DNA from: Rhodosorus marinus CCMP1338
Taxonomy: Eukaryota > Plantae > Rhodophyta
Direction: 5' to 3'
NCBI GenBank assembly: GCA_029953675.1
Contig: JAMWBK010000012.1
Location: 434,001 to 498,000, forward strand
Length of the DNA: 64,000 nt
Shown piece after piece: positions 1 to 9,484 of the stretch. The stretch's first letter is position 1. Each line of letters opens with the position of its first letter. The notes beneath the pieces were generated by a model that saw only the letters and a list, made by a program, of their open reading frames with translations, ran no database searches and had not been told where the DNA came from. A program made the translations under genes and the position numbers.

Positions 1-168
1 TCTCCCTTTGGCGATATTCCAGCGACATGCTTTCCGAGGCGCGCCATCGGCGCCTGGGGTTGCATACTTCCCTCCCTAGTTATTAGTTCATCTTCACGCC
101 TTGCGTAGCGCTTCAGGCTATGCTAGTAAAGTCCAGTAAAGCCAATAAAGCCAGCCAGTAAAGCCACC
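1..168 (+). mobile_element. Family A non-LTR retrotransposon, 3' end with (AGTAAAGTCC/AATAAAGCC)-type tail; continues beyond the window start
   Basis: Matches the 3' end of the full copy at 4467-4650: ...WRYSSDMLSEARHRRLGLH, 3' hairpin GCGTAGC-gcttcag-GCTATGC (103-123), then the tail. Confidence 0.95.
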
Positions 169-217
169 AGATTTGTTTCGGGATGGGCAAGAGCCCTGTT
201 GCTAGGTTTACTTTTAC

Positions 218-232
218 TATGCTAGTAAAGTC
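218..232 (+). mobile_element. Tail-only family A micro-insertion (15 nt)
   Basis: tatgctagtaaagtc flanked by direct repeat cttttac (211-217 and 233-239). Confidence 0.8.
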
Positions 233-350
233 CTTTTACCGAAGGCTTGCCTCCTGACGTCAACGGGCTTCCCAGTGGCGACTCAGCTTCGCCTGAAGGA
301 GACGTGATGATGTCCGCTAGACAAGTGTATACTGGGCTTGACTTAGGCTA

Positions 351-715
351 TATTAGCATTACTGGCTTTATTAACATACCCTACAGCGCTACGCAAACCG
401 TGAAAAGGAACTATTAGCGTTACTAGCATAGCCTGAAGCGCTACGCAAGGCGTGAAAAAGAACTAAGAACTAGGGAGGGAAGCGTGCAAACCCAGGCGCC
501 GATGGCGTGCCTCGGCAAACATACTGCTAGAATATCGCCACAGGGCGGCACTCAAACGCCGTAAAAGCGCCAAGTACTCAGTAGGATGCTCAGCGAAACA
601 TTTCCGCAACCACTCTAAACCCGACTTATCCACGTGACCAAAACTCTCCACAATGAAAGGCTGGAACCGGTGGGAGCGACCCTCGGCGTAGGGCAGACTG
701 GCCATGCTCGCAGCA
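351..715 (-). mobile_element. Two head-to-tail family A 3' fragments (~295 nt plus ~65 nt) with tail
   Basis: ORF 463-705 encodes the RLE C-terminus (FQPFIVESFG...); a second hairpin/tail unit lies at about 351-415. Confidence 0.9.
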
Positions 716-1524
716 TTTTGAGTATGCTCAAGTAGTGGGTTTGACTACTGGGTTTGGTAATTCTTGATAGAGACGTCATCTGCGTATCGATTTCGATAGT
801 TGAGAGGTTCGTGACAAACCAAACAGACGACGAGAAAGTAGGAGAGCAAGCCGAGCTGAGGTGGTATTATAGTCGCTCCATCGCATGATGCTCCACAAGG
901 AGCCGTTCATAAAATGATCGTTTTTGTAAGCTAAAAGAAACACCCGGTGCAGCCTAGTGGCGACCGTCTGCCCTGACACGTATGTGAGAAACTCAATATA
1001 GGAGCTTATAGATTTGGTTACAGAACCCAGCGAATCAGAAAGCCATAGAGAAAAAAACAAGCCATAGAGAAAAAAAAAAGCCAGCTTTGTTAGCCCACGT
1101 CTGAGCGAAGGTCTACACAGTGAGGATACGTCCACAACTCTCTCGAAAGTTAGATGGATGGGGTCAATAATGATCAAGTCATCTAAAATCCGCAGTTTTC
1201 AGCGAACGGAATCCGCGGCTAGGTATCTCAAGAGGCGGTAGAATAGGGGCTGACCGGATCGATATCGCTTACTCCGACCGAAAAACCGAGCGAATGATAG
1301 AATAAGTATCATCTTCATCATCGAAGATAGCCCAGCTTGACTGGTTTGAACACTTGCTGCTTGTGAGTTTTAAAAATTTGTAGGGCGGTACCAACACTTG
1401 TTCCGTTCGACCTAAACTGATCCCAACGTTGGTTGATATAAAGCGCCATGCCCAGCTTGCCGAACATGGAATTTGCTTGTGAGGAGCAGGAGAAGGAGAA
1501 GTGAGAACTGGTGGAATACGCGAG

Positions 1525-2163
1525 ATGCAGAAACTTGGATATAGTCTTCTTTTGGTGTTTTCGGGGGTAGTATGCGTGTCTACTGCACTGAAGTTGCGGG
1601 ACCCGTACGACCCGGAGCCGGAACCTCCGTTCCCGATCCCAACGCCGGGAAAGCCAGATTGTAGCCCAAACCCGTGCAGGAACGGAGGTACCTGCTCTGA
1701 AACAAGCACCGGGTACAGATGCACGTGCCCTGCTGGAACCCTTGGAACTCGGTGTGAGAGAATGCGCGGCACTCTAGAGGTCTATGTGGAAGACGCTTTC
1801 AGGTTGGGGGATGAGGATTTCTGGTCGCGCTCAGATCCGTATGTTAGGGTGATCGGGGTCAACTACTACAATCAGGAACTCACTCTGAACACAGAGAGGT
1901 GTAACGATTGTGACCTCCGCGTGCGCTTCCGCGAGAATCTGCAGTTCGGAAGAAACTATTGGAAGGCCATCAGGGTTTCAGTCTGGGACCATGACGATGA
2001 ATGGTACGATCGTACGGATGATGAGTTGATCCCGCAGAAGACTTTCTATCTCAAGACTCCCTGGGCCTTTCCCAGCTATAGACGTGATCTGGTTACGGCT
2101 TGCAAAGACAGCAACTGCAATACTCGTGTGAACGTGTACTACAAGTTTTGGCACAACGTTTAG
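1525..2163 (+). CDS. Secreted protein: signal peptide, Pro-rich linker, EGF-like domain, C2 domain (212 aa from ATG 1525)
   Basis: Hydrophobic N-terminus MQKLGYSLLLVFSGVVCVSTA; EGF pattern CSPNPCRNGGTC...YRCTCPAGTLGTRCE; C2 motifs SDPYVRV and VSVWDHDD. Intronless ORF. Confidence 0.85.
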   Translation: MQKLGYSLLLVFSGVVCVSTALKLRDPYDPEPEPPFPIPTPGKPDCSPNPCRNGGTCSETSTGYRCTCPAGTLGTRCERMRGTLEVYVEDAFRLGDEDFWSRSDPYVRVIGVNYYNQELTLNTERCNDCDLRVRFRENLQFGRNYWKAIRVSVWDHDDEWYDRTDDELIPQKTFYLKTPWAFPSYRRDLVTACKDSNCNTRVNVYYKFWHNV

Positions 2164-2267
2164 GACAAAACTCTATCTTGTTCGCTGCAATTAGCCCGCA
2201 GAGGAACATGTTTTGGTGGAGTGGATCAAAGTAAATCAACGTCCTCTAGGCAGAACGATTCTTATAT

Positions 2268-2511
2268 GGACTGGACTTTACTAGCATAGCCTGAAGCGCT
2301 ACGCAAGGCGTGAAGATGAACTAATAACTAGGGAGGGAAGTATGCCTCGGAAAGCATGTCGCTGGAATATCGCCAAAGGGAGACACTTAAACGCCTCAAG
2401 AGCGCCAAATATTCAGTAGGATGCTCAGCAAAACATTTCCGCAACCACTCTAAACCCGACTTATCCACGTGACCAAAGCTTTCCACAATGAATGGCTGGA
2501 ACCGGTGAGAG
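2268..2511 (-). mobile_element. 5'-truncated family A copy carrying a 23-nt deletion, with 12-bp TSD
   Basis: TSD cgattcttatat at 2256-2267 and 2512-2523; tail ggactggactttac. Confidence 0.92.
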
Positions 2512-2804
2512 CGATTCTTATATTGACGCAATTCTTATGCTCTGTCCGAGCCCAGCACGTTTGTGCACCACCATATCTTGATGATGCGCATTTTTCATGA
2601 CTGTCATGGTTCGACGAAAATACAACCCAAACAGCAGATATCATACTTCATGCAGGGTGGTGGCAAAGCTACTCCGCAGTCAGAGGTTGAAACTAGGTCT
2701 CACGATTCTGTGCTGGGGCTACGTTAGAAGGACGGTCATAAAAACCTTCAAGTCACTGGAAATATGACTGCCTTTCCATGAAAACGCTTCTCACAGACGC
2801 ACTT

Positions 2805-2990
2805 TCAGTGTGGCTCTTCAAACGTGTTTACTGGCCCTCTTGCCGGTATCTTGTACTTCTATGCTGCGAGCGATGGCGATATTCTAGGAACATTCTAGCC
2901 GAGGTTTGGCTTGCATGGGTTTTTTTCCTCGCTACTAGTTCGCCGTACGCCCCGTTTAGCGCTTAGGCCTGTGGTAGTACAACCATCACC
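2805..2990 (+). mobile_element. Degenerate old family A 3' fragment
   Basis: Recognisable WLFKRV..., WRYSRNILAE and a decayed hairpin/tail. Confidence 0.6.
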
Positions 2991-3354
2991 AAGATCAGTG
3001 AAACGACAAACCGTTTCTTTTCCATGCGGTTTCCTTTCTCAGTCCCCGAATAAACACGCTCATTCCTCTGCAGAAGCCGGGGGGGATTCGCAATTGCTCT
3101 TAGAATCATGGAAGACTACTTAACTTCCAACGGAGAATAAACTACAGGTAGTTCGGCGTTGTTTTTACGAACACAACGTCAACGGGCGACTCAGGGCGTA
3201 GCGCGAAAGATAGTGGACAAATGCTTGCAAGTCAAGGCGCCGGTGAGGAGCCTCGGCTAGTATACAGCTAGAAATAGGGCCAAAATTATAGTAGCGTATT
3301 CCAAGTTACTAGGTCGATGCCCACGTCCGCCATTGTTGCCCTTCCGCCGAACCT

Positions 3355-3611
3355 TCCTGGGAAGGCTGCCCATGCTCTCAGCGTACCATCGTTCCTTCAC
3401 GCGGCGAAGGACGGAAGCTGCTGCCCCCCAGCGGAGAGCGGCAGAAGGGAGATAGGTGCCGGACGCGCGGCAATCATAAGTGTCGAGGAGCCCATCGCGC
3501 CTGGGTTTGCACGCTCTTCACCCCAGTCCCTAGTTTCCTTTTACGTCTTGCGTAGACATCAGGCTGTTTTAGTAAAACCACTATGTATAAATAGAACCAG
3601 TAAAACCACTG
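3355..3611. mobile_element. Old family A pieces: minus-strand RLE segment (~3355-3480) followed by plus-strand 3' end (~3491-3611)
   Basis: Similarity to A; tail agtaaaacca at 3600-3610. Confidence 0.6.
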
Positions 3612-4456
3612 GTTTTTATTAGCATAGCCTAAAGCGCTACGCAAGGCGTGAAAGGGAACTAAGAACTAGGTAGGGAAGCGTGCAAATCCAGGCGCCGATG
3701 GCTCGCCTCGGCAAGCATGCTTCTAGAAGATCGCCACAGAGAGACACTTGAACGGCGTAAGAGTTCCAAGTATTCCGTAGGATGCTCAGCGAAACCTTTC
3801 CGCAACCACTCCAAACTCGACTTCTCCACGTGACCAAAGATTTCCACGATTAAAGGCTGGAACCGGTGGGAGCGACCCTCTGCGCAAGGCAGACTGGCCA
3901 CACTCTCAGCATACCGTCGTTCTTTCACTCGGCGAAAGGCCGAAGCGGCTGCTCCTCGGCGACGGGCGGCAGAGCTGAGATGAGCGCTAGCCACAGGGTA
4001 TGTGATCGCGAGTCCACATATGCTGAGCGCCTGGCGGCAGTGTCGGAGACGAGGAGATACGCGATGCAGCGAGGCGCTGCAGTGTCCGAGACCGATCTGG
4101 GCAGTTCCAATTCCACCTCAACCGTATGCCCTACCTGAGTCAAAGATTCGCTGAGAATGTACTTGAGGTGAGTGTTACGCCTAGTACGAAGACCTCTCAA
4201 CAGTCCGCATGAACCTAAGAAGTGGTAGCCACACGCGTCAATCCAACTCTCACATCCGTGGCAGAAAGACGGCCGATTAGAGTGCCAGGGAACTTGTGGC
4301 ACCCTGGTAGATCTTTGCAGCAGTGCGGAACTGGAAGGCGTCGAAGCGGTGTCCCAGTTACGACGGCAAAGCGGTTAACCACACCCGCGATAGATGGCCT
4401 CCCAGGCCGCGGGAGCGAGCGGCGGTAGGCGGTGTGAGGGGATAGTTGAGCAAGAC
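3612..4456 (-). mobile_element. Family A' (related subfamily) 5'-truncated copy
   Basis: ORFs 3925-4302 and 3659-3994 encode the CCHC (CHGC...H...C) and RLE regions; tail ggtttttattagc. Confidence 0.9.
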
Positions 4457-4524
4457 TGCCACCACTGGACTTTACTGGACTTTACTAGCATAGCCTGAAG
4501 CGCTACGCAAGGCGTGAAGATGAA

Positions 4525-7500
4525 CTAATAACTAGGGAGGGAAGCATGCAACCCCAGGCGCCGATGGCGCGCCTCGGAAAGCATGTCGCTGGAATATCGC
4601 CAAAGGGAGACACTTAAACGCCTCAAGAGCGCCAAATATTCAGTAGGATGCTCAGCAAAACATTTCCGCAACCACTCTAAACCCGACTTATCGACGTGAC
4701 CAAAGCTTTCCACAATGAATGGCTGGAACCGGTGAGAGCGACCCTCAGCGCAAGGCAGACTGGCCATGCTCTCAGCATACCGTCGTTCCTTAACTCTTCG
4801 AAGGGCTGAAGCCGCGGCCCCCCGGCGGCGGGCGGCTGCGGTGAGGTGGGCGCTGGCCACGGGGCAGGTAATCGCAAGGTCCACATATGTTGAGCGTCTG
4901 GCAGCAGCGTCGGAGACGAGGAGATCGGCTATACAACGGGGCGGTGCAGAGTCCGAGATGGATCTGGGCAGTTCCGACTCAACCTCAACCGTATGCCCTA
5001 TCCGAGTCAAAAATTCGCTGAGGATGTACTTGAGGCGAGTGTGACGCCTCGTACGGAGACCTCGCAACAGTCCGCAGGAACCCAGGAAGTGGTAGCCACA
5101 AGCGTCAATCCGGCTCTCACATCCCTGACAGAAAGACGGCCGATTAGAGTGCCACGGAGCCTGTGGCAAACCGAGATAGATGCGTGCGGCAGAACGGAAC
5201 TGGAAAGCATCGAGACGATGACTCAATGACGACGGTAGAGTGGTTAACCACAAGTGCGAGAGGTGGCCTCCCATGCCGCGGAGACGAGCGGCAGTGGTAG
5301 GCGGCGTGAGAGGAGAATTGAGCATGACTGTGTGAGCGGCACTGTGTTGGCCCCAGGTGAGGCTATGTTGAATCACATCAGTGCGGGAGCTCCACAATCG
5401 GCTCAAACCCGGGTAGTCTGCAACAGGGGACCCGGGGCTAGCCTCTCCGTCATCGGCAAGAACTCGGTCGAGGGGACAATCCTCAATCGCTTCAGCTCGT
5501 CCCCATAACAGCTCCCTCCAGGAACGAAAGCGGGACCTATTTGCGTCCGGCACGGCGTTGCACCTCCTGAACGCGTGTTGAAGACCATCATAAATTGTCA
5601 AAGCCGGGGGCGGCAGGGTCACTGGATCCTCGTTGGTCAAAGCTCGAGCCAAGAGGCAGGCACTTCGCATCCGGAAGGTCACCAACGTTCGCAGCGCGGT
5701 AGCCCAGGAGGCAACCGCCGCTGGCGAGCATACCAGCCCACGGTCTGCGACGCCGAATCCCCTAATCGCAACGGTAGAGCGATCTGTGCACGAATAAAGT
5801 CCCTGTCGGGAGCAGCTTCAAGATCGAGGGGCTCATCCAAGAGCGTTCCCCAGTGTTGCAGGGTCATTTCGTCGGCTTTAGCCGCGATCCACGAGCCCCA
5901 AGCTGGAGGCAGGCTGCGCAACCAGTAGTTGAGTCTGGGACCGGCACAAAAGCGGGAAAGCAAGCAGGCCGATTGCAGCATGCTGTCGGGTAGGTGCTCA
6001 ATGGCGTCGGTGAGTTGCTTGTGCCGTGCCAAAACTCGCTCGCAGGATGCTTGGACAAAGTTGTCAGTCCCCAATCCGACGCCGTGGTGTTCGAACCCTT
6101 CACGTTCGCTGATTAGTCGCAGAGTGGGTGGCAGAGAGTTCAGCGACACGTCCCTCGGGGGGAGAAAGCGACATTTTTCTGTTTCCACAGTCAAACCGAC
6201 GCGACGTGCAATCGCTTCGATCGCGGTCAGTCCCCTAGCCAGGGTGTCAGGGGTGCCCAGCAATGTTACGTCATCGTGGTACGCGCAGATTCGAAGATCC
6301 GAGACCTCAGTCGAAAGACGTAAAAGTACGAGCTGTAGGGCACAGGCATGAAGAAGAGGTCCGCAAGGGTCGCCTTGTTGGACGCCAGTATGTGCTTGAA
6401 AAACAGTGCCCTCCGTTGTCAAGTAGGGGAGGCTCTCCCCTCCGTAAATACCCGATAGAAACGGCCACGCCTCCGGAAACACACGTCGGAGCACCTCTAG
6501 CGCATGCGTCCGCGACACGCTGTTGAATGCATTCCGGAAATCAACCACCAAGACTCCCCACTCCGGCCTACTGGCGCGTTCTAGCTCGATCCCATGGGTG
6601 ATCAGTTCGCAACCCCAGAAAATCCCACCCCTACTTGCAAGGGCGCCATAAAAGCTGTGACGCGCTGGCGAAGGCGCTGGCATAGCCACCTCCCGGCTAA
6701 CTTCCGTAGGCTCTCCACCATCCCGATCGGCCGGAGACGCGGGTGGGCCGGCTGGTGGTCAGGTTTCGTGAGCAAGCAAAGCTGTGCCTGCCGGAGATGT
6801 TCCCATGGCGCGGACGCACCCGATACGCCCTGGAACAACTTGTTAAGGATCCTCAGAAGCGCGCTCTGGCCAGGCTGGCTCAGGGCCTGCAATAGCTCTG
6901 TTCTTAGTCCGGAGGGTCCAGGACAGCGTCCCCGACGCGAGGTACGAAGCAAATCCTCCAGGTCAGACTCACTGAGCGTCAGATCGATGCGAAACCTGGC
7001 CAACTCCGGACGGTCCAAGAATACCTCGAATTCAGGGGACAAATCCACGTCGGACTCAGGGAACAAAGACGACACCGTCTGGGCGAGACTATCATCGTAG
7101 GGGAGGACAGGCGCCTGGCCCTCCAAAACCCGCGCCGCTCGACTTAAATCGCCCACTGCTACCAATTTCTGTACTCGAGCTGGCACGGGCGACACTGTGC
7201 CATGCCGAGTCCGACGGGCGGATGGTGCTGACGACGCCAAATAGCTGCGCTGTAGTACTTCGAAGTCTCCCTTCAAGAACAGGGCCAGTCGGTCTCGTAC
7301 TCGCCATCTGCGCTCCGATGTGTGAATGGGGGCCAGAATCATGCGCGGCATGACCCCCAGAAAAACCCAAATGACTGTGTCCCGAATGTTGCGAGCCAGG
7401 CTCGTGAAGATGAAATCGAGAATGGTTCCAGCTACCAGAAGGTCTCCACGAGGAAGGACGACTGGGGGAATGCCCCCACGGAGGGGAAGCGAGCCTCCTT

Positions 7501-7594
7501 CCAAAGAAATCCACCGCCGGAGCCAACTCCGAAAACGCGTACGCCAAATGCCCCAGTCTCCGCCCTCCTTCAGGACATAAGACTGTAGATCCAT
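4525..7594 (-). CDS. Family A ORF2: reverse transcriptase + CCHC + restriction-like endonuclease; two single-base frameshifts (1023 aa if repaired)
   Basis: LRPIG, QVGVGFSG[G]CE, DFRNAFNSVSR, GVQQGDP, YHDD, CQGC-x-H-x-C, RTRRH, ADLLV...YVDL, FIVESFG. Frameshifts lie at C4 runs 6613-6616 and 5759-5762. Confidence 0.9.
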
Positions 7595-7625
7595 AGGCTG
7601 CGACCTCGCAGCCGTGCCTGGAGCG

Positions 7626-9035
7626 CTAATCGTGCTTCTCCCCCTTAGACCCGGGGGAGTCGGTCCTCGCTCTCTTACCTCCTATCCGCACCAAAGTCGT
7701 GAGCCTCCCACTCCGCGAGGCTCGCGGAACGGATCCCGCGGGCTTCAGCAAAGTAACCTGGGCGTCCTCCACCGCCATGCCCTCAGTCTGCTCCCCTGCC
7801 TCACCACTCTCGCTGGAAGTAGTGCTGGAAGCAGAGCCCTCCAAAATCCCCACCCGCTGCAGCTCTGTCTTGTAGCGCGAAGTCAGCACAAGTCGCCTCT
7901 CCAGATCGAAGAAACTGGAAACCGCCATGCGCAGGTGACGAGGGCCCGACCGGAACCGCGCCAACAAGATCCTCTCAAGGCGCTGAATCCGTAGCCAATG
8001 GATCGCTGCCGCCTTCACGCTGCTCTCATGCTCAGAGAGCCCTGCCGTTTCTCCCGGAGACAGGAAATTGCCCGAGAAACGGTCAAAATCGAAGTGCAAA
8101 ACCACCTGCGGGTTGCAGCGCAGCCACCGGGCGCTCTCAGGCCACTGCTCGGTAGGCTTCGCCAGCAAGGCCTCCAGGTACTTGGCGGCGGTTGCGGAGA
8201 CTAAAAACAGCACATCGCGGCCCTCATAGTTTGCGAAGAAGAAATCACCCCTGCTGCACCCTAACGATTCCGCAAAAGTGTCCCGGAAGTCTCGCATAGA
8301 CGGAACCTGTCCTCGTGTAGTCTGGGGCCGGACATTTCGCACCCACAGAAATTGGAGAGTGGTCTCCACAGGTCCATCCTGAGGCTCGCGAGATGGTATG
8401 AAACGGAGCATAGCCGCCGTACGTGTGGCAGTGGTGCCCTTCCGCAAGACTGATGCGTACGAAGCGCCCCCCTTGCGGCCACCACGTGCCCCCGAAGTAG
8501 CCGGGAGCTGGTGACGACCTGAGGGCTGGTCCAAGAGAGGGAAGTCCACAGCTGCAGTCTCCTCCACACCGGTTGCCGCACAGTCACCACCACCATTGCC
8601 TCGAGTCCCCGAGCGCTGAAGCGCGTTTTGGCCCGGCCTGCCGCTCCCCAACGTCGTACTGTCCCGCGCAGAAGCAACAGCCCTCGCCTGTCCCGGGACA
8701 GGTTCATGTTGATTGACCGGATGTTGACTGCCTTCAGCCAACGCTGCCACTCTGGGGCAATTCAAATTCTCGTCCGAATTTGAATTTGACCTGGCCAGCA
8801 ATCCCGATTCCAGCCCACCTAGCTTCTGGGTGAGCTGAGGGAGCACTCCACGATCACTCGCAGCCGTGATCAGGCTGGTGACAGCGGAGATAAGTGAACG
8901 CGCCTGGGTGCCAGAAGCGCCTTCCAAGTCAACCTCGGAAGAAAACGTGCCGCAGCTGAGGCGAACACGGAGTCCCCCACCTGGCAGTGCCTCCTTGGGA
9001 GGAGGCTCCGTCGAGTGCGGAGATATCCCTACCAT
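7626..9035 (-). CDS. Family A ORF1 (469 aa from first ATG), unknown gag-like/RNA-binding protein
   Basis: Long open frame ending 31 nt before the ORF2 ATG; second copy at 17860-18650; SYASVLRKG motif; no zinc knuckle visible. Confidence 0.75.
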   Translation of the reverse strand: MVGISPHSTEPPPKEALPGGGLRVRLSCGTFSSEVDLEGASGTQARSLISAVTSLITAASDRGVLPQLTQKLGGLESGLLARSNSNSDENLNCPRVAALAEGSQHPVNQHEPVPGQARAVASARDSTTLGSGRPGQNALQRSGTRGNGGGDCAATGVEETAAVDFPLLDQPSGRHQLPATSGARGGRKGGASYASVLRKGTTATRTAAMLRFIPSREPQDGPVETTLQFLWVRNVRPQTTRGQVPSMRDFRDTFAESLGCSRGDFFFANYEGRDVLFLVSATAAKYLEALLAKPTEQWPESARWLRCNPQVVLHFDFDRFSGNFLSPGETAGLSEHESSVKAAAIHWLRIQRLERILLARFRSGPRHLRMAVSSFFDLERRLVLTSRYKTELQRVGILEGSASSTTSSESGEAGEQTEGMAVEDAQVTLLKPAGSVPRASRSGRLTTLVRIGGKRARTDSPGSKGEKHD

Positions 9036-9216
9036 CCTGAGGGAATCCGCCAAGGAAACGTTGCACCACCAATATGAAACCGCACCGAGAGAATAATCGA
9101 CCAAACCCAACCCAAATAGGAAAGGCCCCGCAACTCCACCACTAGGTCGGCAACAAGGCGTTCTTCCCTCTGTTAGTCCGCCACAGGCAGGGACTTCTCA
9201 AATTAATGATACATCT

Positions 9217-9250
9217 AGTAAATCCCAGCCCAGTAAAACCACCACCACCC
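9217..9250 (+). mobile_element. Solo old-type family A tail
   Basis: tagtaaatcccagcccagtaaaaccaccaccacc, same type as the tails at 19031 and 24830. Confidence 0.55.
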
Positions 9251-9400
9251 CATCTCCCTCGTCAGACCCGACGAATTGTTAATCATGCATCATCAATAAA
9301 CGCGCGCGTACATTATGTGTCTCCGAATTATTAACACAATTCAGCACAATGGTTGAATTTCCCGCACTTCCAGCGGCTGACAGTTCTCCCGAAAAAAGGA

Positions 9401-9484
9401 ATATTCCTCTTCCACCCCTCGGACAACCACGAACTGCATTATTTCATATATTATAAATATTAATTAAACATTTTTACGTTTTAG
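9401..9484 (+). repeat. 84-bp AT-rich dispersed repeat, copy 1 (copy 2 at 18696-18779)
   Basis: Near-identical sequence, 2 mismatches by eye. Confidence 0.9.

Larger units (their letters stand above)
4467..9135 (-). mobile_element. Near-full-length family A non-LTR retrotransposon (ORF1 + RT/CCHC/RLE ORF2), CRE/SLACS-like
   Basis: Two ORFs, 3' hairpin and tandem tail; candidate TSD ccaccact at 4459-4466 and 9136-9143. Lacks part of the 5' leader present at 17599-17760. Confidence 0.93.

Noticed and set aside
232-246. ccttttaccgaagg as the U5 snRNA loop 1
   Set aside because: The apparent CCTTTTAC is created by the TSD of the 15-nt insertion; the empty site lacks GCCTTTTAC, and no Sm site follows.
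255-345. U3/C-D box snoRNA-like motifs (ctcctgacgtcaa, gtgatgatg)
   Set aside because: Box B and box D are imperfect and no supporting terminal stem was found; needs an Infernal search.
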